NCBI GenBank assembly: GCA_964392625.1
Contig: CAYMQG010000045.1
Location: 1 to 59,634, forward strand
Length of the DNA: 59,634 bases
DNA from: an uncultured Gammaproteobacteria bacterium
GTDB lineage: Bacteria; Pseudomonadota; Gammaproteobacteria; Steroidobacterales; Foliamicaceae
Reading direction: 5' to 3'
The notes beneath the pieces are model-generated. The model worked only from the letters and a program-made list of their open reading frames with translations. It was not told the origin of the DNA and searched no databases. The translations under genes were made by a program, and so were the position numbers. The first letter of the stretch is position 1, and each line of letters begins with the position of its first letter. Shown piece by piece: positions 23,976 to 33,736 of this stretch.

Positions 23976-24611
23976 ATGAGCGTTCAAGCTTTGCGCAAAG
24001 AAACCGAGGCCATGCCGGGAGCCCGGCCTTCAGCAGCCGGCGGGCCGCCGCCCGGAGTAATGGGTGGTCCTCCGCCGAAGGCGTGGACCGGCGTCGACAC
24101 CGGCGTCGAGGGCCGCGAGGAGGAATTCGGCAAATCGGTGGCGGTGGTGCTCAAGACCCTCAAGAACACGAAGCCCTATCCGCACGAGATCAACGACGCG
24201 CTGATCAAGGCCCGGCTTCAGGCGATGCAGTTCGCCAAGGACCACGACCTGATGGACGAATACGTGGCCCACGACATCAAGACGATGAAGCCGCTGACCA
24301 ATCTCATGAAAGGATTGATGAAGAAGACCGGGCAAGGCGAGATTGCCCTGATCGGCATCTTTGACCGCACGGCCTGCCACTACCAGTTGTGCCTGGAAAC
24401 CGAGTCGAGCCCCGGAATGCGCCGCTGGCGTTCACCTTTCGCCCGCGTGCTTGCCGCGTCTCACAGAATCGGACAGTTTGACCTGACCGAGGAGTGGATT
24501 CACGAGAACTGGACCCGGCCGCGCCTGCTCGGATATGCCGAAGCCATAGGCGTGGAGATGCGCGTTTCGCACTGGCAGCCCGACGGCTGGCTGACCGCCG
24601 AAGTCGACTGA
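23976..24611 (+). CDS. Hypothetical protein (211 aa)
   Basis: GAGGG RBS before ATG 23976, TATAAT at 23934-23939, strong GC3 codon bias, fills the kdsB-rne gap; family not recognised. Confidence 0.75.
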   Translation: MSVQALRKETEAMPGARPSAAGGPPPGVMGGPPPKAWTGVDTGVEGREEEFGKSVAVVLKTLKNTKPYPHEINDALIKARLQAMQFAKDHDLMDEYVAHDIKTMKPLTNLMKGLMKKTGQGEIALIGIFDRTACHYQLCLETESSPGMRRWRSPFARVLAASHRIGQFDLTEEWIHENWTRPRLLGYAEAIGVEMRVSHWQPDGWLTAEVD

Positions 24612-24619
24612 CCGCCTGA

Positions 24620-26599
24620 TCAGGAGGGCGGCGGGGCGTCCGCAGCCGGCCTTCTGCGCCGCCTGCGCCGCCTGCGTCGCGGGGGCTGGCCGCCAGCCGC
24701 TTCGCCGTCCTTTTTCGCGGCAGCCGGCGTGGGCTGGGCTTTTGCCTTGCGATCTCCCTTTTTTTGCTTCTGCTGGCCTTTCGCCCTGGAGTCGCTTTTT
24801 CTTCTTCCCCTGCCACCGCCCTGGCCCTTCGATGGATGCCTGGAACGCGTCTTTTTGGCGGGTTGAGTCTTCTGTTTCCTCTTCCTGGCGTCCGCTTTTT
24901 TCTTCTTCTTGTCCAGCCCGAAGAGCCGTGCGAAAAATCCCGCCTTCGGCTTCTTCTTGCGGCTTTGCTTCCCGGCGGCCTTGGCCTTGCGCTTGGGTGG
25001 CGCGGTGTCCGGCAGCGTTCGTTCCACCGCCGGCTTTTCCGGCGGTTTGGGGCTGCCGGGCGAAAGCAGGGCCGGCTGTGGCGCGGTCACCGTCGCCATC
25101 TCGTAACTCGGCTTGTCTTCGTCCTCGTCCTTGTCCCGAACCCGGCGCAACTCGAATTCCGGCGTCTCCATGGCCGAGTTGGCCACCAGCACGACGCTGG
25201 CCTTGAACACGTCCTCGATCTGCGAAAGCACGGCCCGCTTTTCGTTGAGCAGGAAATTCGCGACAGCCAGCGGTAACTCGGCAACCACTTTGGAAGTGCG
25301 TTCCTTGCCTGCTTCCTCGCTGATCATCCGCAGGACGTGCAGTCCAAGCGATTCCACACCGCGGATTCGCCCGGTGCCGCCGCACCGCGGGCAGGTTTCG
25401 TGGGTCGCGTCGACCAGCGAGGTGCGCAGGCGCTGACGCGACATTTCCAGGATGCCGAAGCGCGAAATCTGCCCGATCTGGATCCTCGCCGGCTCGTTTC
25501 GGGTTGCCTGGCGGAGCCGTTCCTCCACCTGCCGGTTGGCGCCGGACGAACGCATGTCGATGAAGTCGATCATTATGAGGCCCGACAGGTCGCGAATGCG
25601 GCACTGCCGGGCGATCTGGTCCGCGGCCTCCAGGTTGGTCTGCAGCGCGGTCTGTTCGATATCTTCGGCGGACGTGGCGCGGGCGGAGTTGACGTCGACG
25701 CAGATGCCCGCCTCCGGCTGGTCGATGATGATCTGGCCGCCGGAAGGCAGGTTGACCCGGCGCCGGTACGCCGAGTCGATCTGGCTTTCGATCTGATAGC
25801 GGTTGTACAGGGGGCCATCGCCTTCATGGCGCCGCAGCCGGTTCAGGAAGTGCGGCATGGTGTGTTTCATGAAGCTGCGAATGCTCTCGTAGGCCTCGTC
25901 GTCGTCCACCACGACCTCGCCGATCGAGTCGGACAGGTAGTCGCGCACCGCCCGCAGGATCACGCTGGATTCCTGCACCACCAGGAACGGGCCGTCGCGA
26001 TCCAGCACGGCCAGCTTGATGGCTTCCCATATTCGCAACTGGTTATCGAGGTCCCACTGCAGTTCCTCGGTACTGCGATCGTGCCCCTGGGTGCGGATGA
26101 TTACGCTCATGCCCTTGGGGATATTGAGCTTTCCGAGCCTTTGCTGCACGGCCTGACGGTCCTCGCCGCGCACCTGGCGGGAAACGCCGCCGCCGCGCGG
26201 ATTATTGGCGTTCAGTACCAGGTAGCGTCCGGCCAGTGAAACCAGGGTGCTCAGGGCCGCGCCCTTGTTGTCCCGTTCGTCTTTCTCCACCTGAACCACC
26301 AGCTGCTGGCCTTCTTTCACCAGCTCGGCGATATTCAGCGGCTTCCCGGCTTCCGGAGTCTTGACGAAGTACTCGCGGGATATGTCCTCCAGGGGGAGGA
26401 ATCCATGGCGCTCCGCGCCGAAATCCACAAAGGCAGCCTCGAGGCTGGGCTCTACGCGCGCGATGCGCCCCTTGTAGATGTTTCCCCTCTTTTCTTCCTT
26501 TTCCCTGTGTTCAATGGCAAGGTCATAGAGTTCCTGCCCATCGACCAAAGCAACGCGCACCTCTTCGTGCTGGGTGGCGTTTACAAGCATTCTTTTCAT
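24620..26599 (-). CDS. rne: Ribonuclease E (short, 659 aa)
   Basis: MKRMLVNATQ, S1 domain, DVNSARAT, IDFIDM, Zn-link CPRCGGTG, amphipathic GFFARLFG, Arg/Lys-rich tail. Confidence 0.95.
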   Translation of the reverse strand: MKRMLVNATQHEEVRVALVDGQELYDLAIEHREKEEKRGNIYKGRIARVEPSLEAAFVDFGAERHGFLPLEDISREYFVKTPEAGKPLNIAELVKEGQQLVVQVEKDERDNKGAALSTLVSLAGRYLVLNANNPRGGGVSRQVRGEDRQAVQQRLGKLNIPKGMSVIIRTQGHDRSTEELQWDLDNQLRIWEAIKLAVLDRDGPFLVVQESSVILRAVRDYLSDSIGEVVVDDDEAYESIRSFMKHTMPHFLNRLRRHEGDGPLYNRYQIESQIDSAYRRRVNLPSGGQIIIDQPEAGICVDVNSARATSAEDIEQTALQTNLEAADQIARQCRIRDLSGLIMIDFIDMRSSGANRQVEERLRQATRNEPARIQIGQISRFGILEMSRQRLRTSLVDATHETCPRCGGTGRIRGVESLGLHVLRMISEEAGKERTSKVVAELPLAVANFLLNEKRAVLSQIEDVFKASVVLVANSAMETPEFELRRVRDKDEDEDKPSYEMATVTAPQPALLSPGSPKPPEKPAVERTLPDTAPPKRKAKAAGKQSRKKKPKAGFFARLFGLDKKKKKADARKRKQKTQPAKKTRSRHPSKGQGGGRGRRKSDSRAKGQQKQKKGDRKAKAQPTPAAAKKDGEAAGGQPPRRRRRRRRRRPAADAPPPS

Positions 26600-26850
26600 T
26601 GTGGATCTCGTCCGAGTTCGGGCGGAGCCATGCCGCAGCCGCGCCCGGCGTCCGCCCCTGGCGGCGCCGGCAGCTGTACATCAGGAGGTCGTTCATCGGG
26701 AAAACGTCAGTTGCACGTTCGGGTCCTTGAAGTTCATCCGGAAAGACCGGCGTTCCTCCGCCGCAATTGGAAACAGGTCCGGCAGGACACTCCTGCCGCT
26801 TGCGCAAACTCATGCGCGGGCGCTTTGGCGCAGCGCCGACGCATAATAAT
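26600..26850 (-). promoter_or_regulatory. Probable long structured 5' leader of rne
   Basis: Part of the 348-bp rne/rluC divergent spacer; hairpin CCGGCG-t-CCGCC-cct-GGCGG-CGCCGG (26645-26670); AT-rich -10-like patch at about 26842-26851. Confidence 0.45.
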
Positions 26851-26947
26851 AGCACGCGCTGCCAGCCTGGGCCTTATGCACTGCGGAGGGGCGCGCGGCG
26901 CGTGGGCGGCGCGCGGGCGAAGACCCTGGGAGCATTGCCATTTTCCG

Positions 26948-27892
26948 ATGAGAGACAACGTGCTTATCGTTTCCGGGGACGATGCCGGAAGGCGCCTGGA
27001 CAACTTTCTGGCGGGCCGCCTCAAGCGCATGCGGCTGGCGCGCGTGCATCGCATGATCCGGCGGGGCGAGGTGCGGGTGAACCGGGGCCGGAAGTCCTCC
27101 GGCCATCGTCTGCGCGCCGGTGATGAGGTTCGGTTGCCGCCGTTTCTTCAGCGGCGGCCCCCGTCGCCGGTGGCGTCGCGGGCGCGCTGGATAGAACGAC
27201 ACCTGTTGTACGAGGACGAGGGTCTGCTGGTTCTCGACAAACCGGCCGGGCTGGCCGTGCACGCAGGCGGTTCCGTCAGCCTGGGGGCCGTGGAATTGCT
27301 CCGCGCCGCCCGACCCCGCGAGGGCTTTCTGCAACTGGCGCATCGCCTGGACCGGGCCACCAGCGGCTGCCTGCTGCTGGCCAGGAAGCCCCGAGCCTTG
27401 CAGGCGCTGCACAGGGCCTTTCGGGAGAATGAGGTCCGGAAGACCTATATCGCCCTGCTGGCCGGGCGCCTCAAGGGCAGGGAACGCCGGGTCGACCTGC
27501 CCCTGGACCGATCGCGCAGCTCGGGTTCCGAACGGCGGGTCCGGGCGGGTTCGGGCCTGCCGGCGCAGACCCGCTTCATGCCCCGCCAGGGCTGGCGGGA
27601 GGCCACGCTGGTCCGGGCCGTACCGATTACCGGCCGCACCCACCAGATTCGCGTTCACGCGGCCGCGATCGGCCACCCGGTGCTCGGCGACGACCGCTAC
27701 GGGCAGGCGCGGAGCGGGCCGGACCAGGCAATCGGGCTGAAGCGGCTTTTTCTGCACGCATCCGCATTGGAGTTGCGTCATCCGCTGACCTCGCGGGCAC
27801 TGCGCCTGCATGCGCCCATGCCGGAGGAACTGCGCGCCGTCCTGGCGCGCCTCGGCGCCCCCGAGTTTGGCGCTCCGGCCCGAAAAACATAA
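26948..27892 (+). CDS. rluC: 23S rRNA pseudouridine synthase RluC
   Basis: S4 domain RLDNFL..IRRGEVRVN, KPAGLAVH, HRLDRATSG, TGRTHQIRVH; divergent from rne. Confidence 0.93.
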   Translation: MRDNVLIVSGDDAGRRLDNFLAGRLKRMRLARVHRMIRRGEVRVNRGRKSSGHRLRAGDEVRLPPFLQRRPPSPVASRARWIERHLLYEDEGLLVLDKPAGLAVHAGGSVSLGAVELLRAARPREGFLQLAHRLDRATSGCLLLARKPRALQALHRAFRENEVRKTYIALLAGRLKGRERRVDLPLDRSRSSGSERRVRAGSGLPAQTRFMPRQGWREATLVRAVPITGRTHQIRVHAAAIGHPVLGDDRYGQARSGPDQAIGLKRLFLHASALELRHPLTSRALRLHAPMPEELRAVLARLGAPEFGAPARKT

Positions 27893-27904
27893 AATGCCCC
27901 GCTT

Positions 27905-28591
27905 TTGGAATCTGCGTTGGAAATAAAGCAATTTCTCTGCCTGGCGCGCTACGAGGCCGGAGGCGGCTTCCGGGTGGCCGCGATGCATTTCGATGGCGAA
28001 ATGCTGGGTTCGTGGGCCCGTCTTCATGGCAGGGGGAAGGGGGGAGCGTTGCCGCTCAACGCCGTGCGTTACCGCAACAAGTCCCCGGCCCGCCCGCTGG
28101 ATGTTTTCGTGGCGCCTGTCGAGGCCGCTACGCCAAAGCCTCCGCAGAACGAGAATCTTCTTGTCGCCGAGCGTCCCCGCTGGCGCAAGGTCGGAACCTA
28201 CCCCCGCGAGCTCCTGGGCGACCTGTGCTCGTCACCGCTGGAGCTGTGGTCGGACAAGACCTCGACCAAGGCCGGTTCCTACGACCGGGTGCTGGCGCCG
28301 GAGGCCATGGAGCTGGATTCGTCGCTGATGCTGATTGAACTCGACCGCTACATCGTGGACGTGACGCGCCGTCCGGTCTCCGACGAGCACGTTGTGCGGG
28401 TGCGCTTCAACCACCTGGAGCGCGAGTATCGGCTACTGTTGTGCGAAGACGTGATGCGCAGGCGTTACGCGCGCTATTCGGTCGGCGAGTATGAAATCGA
28501 GCGCCCGACCGCGGCGTGCATCACGCTCGGCCCGCCGGGCAAGCAGGGACGCATCAAGCGGATCGCCGCGCTGATACCGCTGGAAGACTAG
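27905..28591 (+). CDS. Divergent dual-OB-domain-like hypothetical protein
   Basis: Pattern FLCLA..G.RVA / W.R / PLDV..P / QNEN / W.KVG / LW / DRV / SSLMLI / RVRF...EY.L / ITLG.P..KRIAALI resembles the dual OB-containing family as I recall it; TTG start uncertain. Confidence 0.6.
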   Translation: MESALEIKQFLCLARYEAGGGFRVAAMHFDGEMLGSWARLHGRGKGGALPLNAVRYRNKSPARPLDVFVAPVEAATPKPPQNENLLVAERPRWRKVGTYPRELLGDLCSSPLELWSDKTSTKAGSYDRVLAPEAMELDSSLMLIELDRYIVDVTRRPVSDEHVVRVRFNHLEREYRLLLCEDVMRRRYARYSVGEYEIERPTAACITLGPPGKQGRIKRIAALIPLED

Positions 28592-29376
28592 AAGAAGAAA
28601 AAGCGCCGCCGCCGCTGCTCGTCATCGACCTGCTCGCCCGGAAAGTTCGTGGCGAGCATCTGCTCGGCGTCCGTCGCCAGCTCGTCCAGCCCGATCCTCC
28701 GGTACGCCTTTACCAGGATCTTGAGCGAACCGGCGATCTCGGGCGAGCCATGGTAGTTGTCGATGGCGAACCGGGCCCGGTTCGCAGCCGCGATCCAGGC
28801 GCCCCGGCGGAAGTAATAGTCCGCGACATGGTTCTCGTAGCGGGCCATGCGGTTACGCAGGTACACCATGCGCCGCCGGGCGTCCGCGGCATACTCGCTG
28901 TCGGGATATCGCGTCGCCAATTGCGTAAAGGCGTCGAACGATTCGCCGGCGGTCAGAACGGGACGCCGGGAGTAGTCGATCCGGAACAGGCGGCCGAATC
29001 GTCCCGGCTGGCGCGCAAACAGGGCCAGGCCGCGCATGTAGATGGCGTAATCGACGTTCGGATGGCGCGGGTTCTCGCGCTCGAACTCTCGCGCCGCCTC
29101 CACCGCGCTGTCCTGGTCGTTCAGCCGATAGTGGCAGTAGATGATCTCCAGTTGAGCCTGGCGGGTTTGCGGATTGAACGGAAAGCGCGCCTTTAGCGTG
29201 CCGAGGAAACGCAGGGCCTTGCGGAAGTCGCCGCCTTCAAGCGCGGCATGCCCGCGTTCGTACAGCACGTTGGCCGCCGACAGTTCGTCGCGCTCGTCGC
29301 CCCGGCCGCAACCGGCCAGCGCCGCGCAGGCCGCCGCCACCAGCAGAATCCCGGCGAGGTTGCGAGTTGAGATCAT
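28588..29376 (-). CDS. bamD: Outer membrane protein assembly lipoprotein BamD
   Basis: Lipobox LAGC, TPR repeats, HPNVDYAIYMRGL, YPDSEYAADA, GAWIAAANRA; divergent from rluD. Confidence 0.95.
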   Translation of the reverse strand: MISTRNLAGILLVAAACAALAGCGRGDERDELSAANVLYERGHAALEGGDFRKALRFLGTLKARFPFNPQTRQAQLEIIYCHYRLNDQDSAVEAAREFERENPRHPNVDYAIYMRGLALFARQPGRFGRLFRIDYSRRPVLTAGESFDAFTQLATRYPDSEYAADARRRMVYLRNRMARYENHVADYYFRRGAWIAAANRARFAIDNYHGSPEIAGSLKILVKAYRRIGLDELATDAEQMLATNFPGEQVDDEQRRRRFFFF

Positions 29377-29491
29377 TTCGATACGCAAGAATGTTCTCGC
29401 TGCGAACAGGCGTGCAGTATAACGAGCGCCCCGGCAGCATGTCAGCCCCGCCCTTTTTCTGCGAAGATGCGGGGATGAGGGCGGTGGTTCG

Positions 29492-30430
29492 ATGAAACGT
29501 CTGGTGGAGGAACGGGTCGTGATCCCCGACAGTCTCGCGGGGCGGCGGCTGGATGCGGCGCTGGCGAAGCTGCTGCCGGATTATTCGCGCAGCCTGATCA
29601 AGACCTGGATAGAGCGCGGGCAGATCACGGAAGAAAGCGGCGGCCCGCTGAGGCCCCGGTCCTTGGTGCAGGCTGGCCAGCAATACGCGATTTGCGGGGA
29701 ACTGGCGGCGGCGGGAGCCGTGGAGCCGGAACCCGTGGAATTTGAAGTAGTCCATGCCGACGGGGACCTGATCGTGGTGAACAAGCCCGCCGGCCTGGTC
29801 GTGCATCCGGGCGCCGGGAATCCCCGCGGCACGCTGCAGAACGGTCTGCTGCATCGTTTCCCTGAACTTGAGGCTGTGCCGCGTTTCGGGCTGGTGCACC
29901 GGCTGGACGCGGGCACTACCGGACTGCTGCTGGTGGCCCGCACGGCCGCCGCCCACCAGCGGCTTACGCGGGACCTGCAGGGCAGGCGGATCCGCCGCGA
30001 GTACCGCGCGGTGACCAAGGGCTGCCCGGTGGCGGGCGGGACCATTGAGCAGCCGCTGGGACGCCATCCCCGTGACCGGCTGCGGATGGCCGTTCGTCCG
30101 GGTGGGCGCAAAGCCGTTACCCACTATCGCGTTCTTGAACGGTTCCGAGCGAATGCGCTTGTCGCGGTCCGTCTGGAGACGGGGCGCACGCACCAGATAC
30201 GCGTGCACCTGGCTCACGCCGGGTATCCGCTTGTGGGGGACTCGCTGTATTCGAGGGGCAGTAACGGCTTCGGCCGTCCGGCGCTGCATGCCGGCCGGAT
30301 TGGGGCCAGGCATCCCGCAACGGACCGGGAACGCAACTTCGAAGCTCCGTTGCCGGCGGACATGCGCGGTCTGCTGACGCGCCTCGCCGGGGAGGAGCGC
30401 GGCTGGGACGGTTTTTCGTGGAGCGGTTGA
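29492..30430 (+). CDS. rluD: 23S rRNA pseudouridine synthase RluD
   Basis: RLDAALAKLLPDYSRS, NKPAGLVVHPGAG, VHRLD, LETGRTHQIRVH. Confidence 0.95.
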   Translation: MKRLVEERVVIPDSLAGRRLDAALAKLLPDYSRSLIKTWIERGQITEESGGPLRPRSLVQAGQQYAICGELAAAGAVEPEPVEFEVVHADGDLIVVNKPAGLVVHPGAGNPRGTLQNGLLHRFPELEAVPRFGLVHRLDAGTTGLLLVARTAAAHQRLTRDLQGRRIRREYRAVTKGCPVAGGTIEQPLGRHPRDRLRMAVRPGGRKAVTHYRVLERFRANALVAVRLETGRTHQIRVHLAHAGYPLVGDSLYSRGSNGFGRPALHAGRIGARHPATDRERNFEAPLPADMRGLLTRLAGEERGWDGFSWSG

Positions 30431-31101
30431 TTCGCCCCGATTGGCCCGCGCCCGGGCCGGTTCGCGCCGCCAGTACCCTTCGCGGCCTCAATCCCGGCGA
30501 GGCGTGGCGGCTGCTGGCGATCCCGGGCGAACCGCGCTGGCTCTCGCAGATGCACGGCAGCGACGTCGTTTGCGCCGACGAGGATTGGTCCGAAGTCGAG
30601 GCCGATGGCTGCGTGTCGTTTACCGTGGGACGTGCGTGCATGCTGCGTACCGCCGACTGCCTCCCGATCCTTTTGTGCGACTCCGCCGGAAGCCGCGTCG
30701 GAGCGGCCCACGCCGGCTGGCGCGGCCTGGCTTCGGGCGTCATCGAGGCGACCGTCGACGCGTTGTGCGCGGGCGGCGCCAGGCCGATCCATCCGCCGGA
30801 ACTGCTGGCATGGATCGGCCCCGGCATCGGCGGCCGATCGTACGAGGTGGGCGCCGATGTCTTTTGGGCGATTTCCACCAGCACTCCGGATTCGGCGCAG
30901 TTCTTTAAGCGAAGGGACAGCGCACACTGGCTCCTCGACCTGGCCGGGCTTGCGCGGCATCAGTTGCGAAGGCTCGGAATCACCGAGGTTTACGGCGCCC
31001 GCTGGTGTACGTTCTCGGACCCTGGCCGCTTTCATTCCTATCGTCGGGACGGCGGCCCGGCGCGCCACGCTTCCTTTATCTGGCTGGCCCCGCACGGTTG
31101 A
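30418..31101 (+). CDS. pgeF: Peptidoglycan editing factor / purine nucleoside phosphorylase PgeF (YfiH)
   Basis: PDWPAP, QMHG, TADCLPIL, AAHAGWRG, IGPGIG, SYRRDG; rluD-pgeF-clpB order. Confidence 0.9.
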   Translation: MERLIRPDWPAPGPVRAASTLRGLNPGEAWRLLAIPGEPRWLSQMHGSDVVCADEDWSEVEADGCVSFTVGRACMLRTADCLPILLCDSAGSRVGAAHAGWRGLASGVIEATVDALCAGGARPIHPPELLAWIGPGIGGRSYEVGADVFWAISTSTPDSAQFFKRRDSAHWLLDLAGLARHQLRRLGITEVYGARWCTFSDPGRFHSYRRDGGPARHASFIWLAPHG

Positions 31102-31124
31102 ATTCGCGTCGCCGGACGCTATAT
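31098..31124 (+). promoter_or_regulatory. Putative RpoH (sigma32)-type promoter of clpB
   Basis: TTGAA-N15-GCTATAT immediately upstream of a heat-shock gene. Confidence 0.45.
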
Positions 31125-31131
31125 CCCGGTC

Positions 31132-33723
31132 ATGGATCAATTCACCAATCGCGTGCGGGAAGCGTTGTCCGAGGCTCGGGCGGCCGCCGTGGATGCCGAC
31201 CACCAGTTTCTGGAGCCGCTGCATCTGCTGCGGGCGCTGCTGGAGCAGGACGGGGGCGCCGTCCTGCCGCTGCTGCGCCAGGCGGGCGCCGACACCGGAA
31301 AACTCCAGGCCGCTCTTGCCGAAGCGCTTGAGCGCATGCCGAGCGTCCAGGGTCAGGAGGGCGATCTGCACGCTTCGGCGGCGCTCGCGCGGGTGCTCAA
31401 CCTGGCCGGCAAGCTGGCGCGCCAGCACGGCGACACGCTGGTCAGCAGCGAGATCCTGCTGCTTGCGGCGGCAGGCGACAAAGGCGAGCACGCGCGCCTG
31501 ATGAAGGACGCCGGCGTGGAGCTGGCGCGACTGGAGGCGGCCATCGACCAGGTCCGCGGCGGCGAAACCGTCGACGAAGCGGGCGCGGAGGAACTGCGGG
31601 GCGCGCTGGAGAAGTACGCGATCGACCTGACCCGCAGCGCCGAGGAAGGCAAGCTCGACCCCATCATCGGCCGCGACGAGGACATTCGCCGCACCATGCA
31701 CATCCTGCAGCGGCGCACCAAGAACAATCCGGTGCTGATCGGCGAGCCGGGTGTCGGCAAGACCGCCGTGGTCGAAGGGCTGGCGCAGCGCATCGCCAAC
31801 CGGGAGGTGCCCGAGGGGCTCAGGAACAAGCGCCTGCTGGCCCTGGATCTCGGCGCGATGATCGCGGGCGCCAAGTACCGCGGCGAGTTCGAGGAGCGGT
31901 TGAAGGCGGTTCTGAAGGAACTGGCGAAGCAGGAAGGCCGGATCATCCTGTTCATCGACGAGCTGCATACGCTGGTAGGCGCCGGAAAGGCCGAGGGCGC
32001 GATGGACGCCGGCAACATGCTCAAGCCCGCCCTGGCGCGCGGCGAATTGCATTGCGTGGGCGCCACCACCCTCGACGAGTACCGCAGGAACCTGGAGAAG
32101 GACGGCGCGCTGGAGCGGCGTTTTCAGAAGGTGCTGATCGACGAGCCCAGCGTCGAGGACACGATCGCCATCCTGCGCGGCCTGAAAGAGCGTTACGAAG
32201 TGCATCATGGCGTCACGATCTCGGACGCTGCAATAGTTGCGGCATCGACGCTTTCGCAGCGTTACGTCACCGATCGCAAGCTGCCGGACAAGGCCATCGA
32301 CCTTGTCGACGAGGCCGCGGCCCGCATTCGCCTGCAGATGGACTCCAAGCCGGAAGCCATCGACCGGCTGGAACGGCGGCTGATCCAGCTGAAGATCGAA
32401 CGCGAGGCCCTGAGCAAGGACGACGACGAGGGCGCGCGACAGCGGCTGGCGGATCTCGATGCCGAGATAGCCGAGCGGGAAGGGCAACACGCCGAATTGT
32501 CGGAGACCTGGAAGACGGAAAAGGCCCGGACCCAGGAAGCCGCCGGGCTCAAGGAGCAACTGGAACAGGCCCGCGTGGCGCTGGAGAAGGCCGGACGCGG
32601 GCAGGACCTGCAGCGCATGTCCGAGCTTCAGTACGGCGTTATCCCGGACCTGGAACGGAAGCTTGAGGACTCGCAGGAGAAGGAGTCGGAACACGCCGCG
32701 GACGCGATGCTCTCCAGCCGGGTCGGAGAAGCCGACATCGCCGCCGTCGTGGCCCGCGCCACGGGCATTCCGGTCGCCCGCATGCTGACCGGCGAGCGCG
32801 AGCGGCTCAACCGCATGGAGGAGGAGCTGCACCGCCGCCTGATCGGCCAGGACGAGGCGGTGCATGCGGTGTCCCGGGCGATCCGCCGCTCCCGCGCCGG
32901 GCTTGCCGACCCGGACCGGCCCACCGGCTCATTCCTGTTCCTGGGTCCCACCGGCGTGGGCAAGACCGAGTTGTGCAAGGCCCTGGCGGAGTTCCTTTTC
33001 GACAGCGAGGCCGCGATGGTGCGGGTCGACATGTCGGAGTACATGGAAAGGCACGCCGTGTCCCGGCTGGTGGGCGCCCCTCCGGGCTACGTGGGCTACG
33101 ACGAGGGCGGCCAGCTCACCGAGGCCGTCCGCCGCCGCCCGTATTCCGTCGTGCTTCTGGACGAACTGGAAAAGGCCCATCCGGACGCGCTCAATATCCT
33201 GCTGCAATTGCTGGACGAGGGGCGTCTGACCGACGGCCAGGGCCGAACGGTGGACTTCCGCAATACCGTCGTGATCATGACCTCGAATCTGGCCTCCGAC
33301 CAGATTCGTTCGCTGGCCGGTTCCGGGCACGAGGAGATCAGAAAAGCCGTGATGGACTCGTTGCGTTCGCACTTTCGGCCGGAGTTCCTCAACCGTATCG
33401 ATGACATCGTCGTATTCAAGCCGCTGGCGCGCGACGAGATTCGCGCGATCGTGGATCTGCAGCTCGATCGCCTTGCGGCTCGGCTCAGGGAGCAGGACCT
33501 GGGGCTGGAAGTGGGGGATGCCGTGCGCTTGCGGCTGTCCAATCTCGGCTACGATCCGGCTTACGGCGCCCGGCCGCTGAAACGGGTAATTCGCGACTAC
33601 GTGGAGAACCCTCTGGCGGAGTGGCTGCTGTCGGCGGACGCCAGGCCGGGCGAGACGCTGGAAGTGGCCGAAAAGGACGGCGAAACCGTCATTTCCGTGC
33701 GCGATCGCCCCAAAGCCGCGTAA
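31132..33723 (+). CDS. clpB: ATP-dependent chaperone ClpB
   Basis: Two AAA modules ([16 protein letters not shown]), [11 protein letters not shown], coiled-coil M domain, GAPPGYVGY. Confidence 0.98.
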   Translation: MDQFTNRVREALSEARAAAVDADHQFLEPLHLLRALLEQDGGAVLPLLRQAGADTGKLQAALAEALERMPSVQGQEGDLHASAALARVLNLAGKLARQHGDTLVSSEILLLAAAGDKGEHARLMKDAGVELARLEAAIDQVRGGETVDEAGAEELRGALEKYAIDLTRSAEEGKLDPIIGRDEDIRRTMHILQRRTKNNPVLIGEPGVGKTAVVEGLAQRIANREVPEGLRNKRLLALDLGAMIAGAKYRGEFEERLKAVLKELAKQEGRIILFIDELHTLVGAGKAEGAMDAGNMLKPALARGELHCVGATTLDEYRRNLEKDGALERRFQKVLIDEPSVEDTIAILRGLKERYEVHHGVTISDAAIVAASTLSQRYVTDRKLPDKAIDLVDEAAARIRLQMDSKPEAIDRLERRLIQLKIEREALSKDDDEGARQRLADLDAEIAEREGQHAELSETWKTEKARTQEAAGLKEQLEQARVALEKAGRGQDLQRMSELQYGVIPDLERKLEDSQEKESEHAADAMLSSRVGEADIAAVVARATGIPVARMLTGERERLNRMEEELHRRLIGQDEAVHAVSRAIRRSRAGLADPDRPTGSFLFLGPTGVGKTELCKALAEFLFDSEAAMVRVDMSEYMERHAVSRLVGAPPGYVGYDEGGQLTEAVRRRPYSVVLLDELEKAHPDALNILLQLLDEGRLTDGQGRTVDFRNTVVIMTSNLASDQIRSLAGSGHEEIRKAVMDSLRSHFRPEFLNRIDDIVVFKPLARDEIRAIVDLQLDRLAARLREQDLGLEVGDAVRLRLSNLGYDPAYGARPLKRVIRDYVENPLAEWLLSADARPGETLEVAEKDGETVISVRDRPKAA

Positions 33724-33736
33724 GATTCGGCCCTCG

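Noticed and set aside
24650-24682. Short tandem GCGCCGCCT repeats
   Set aside because: Explained by the poly-Arg codons of the RNase E tail.
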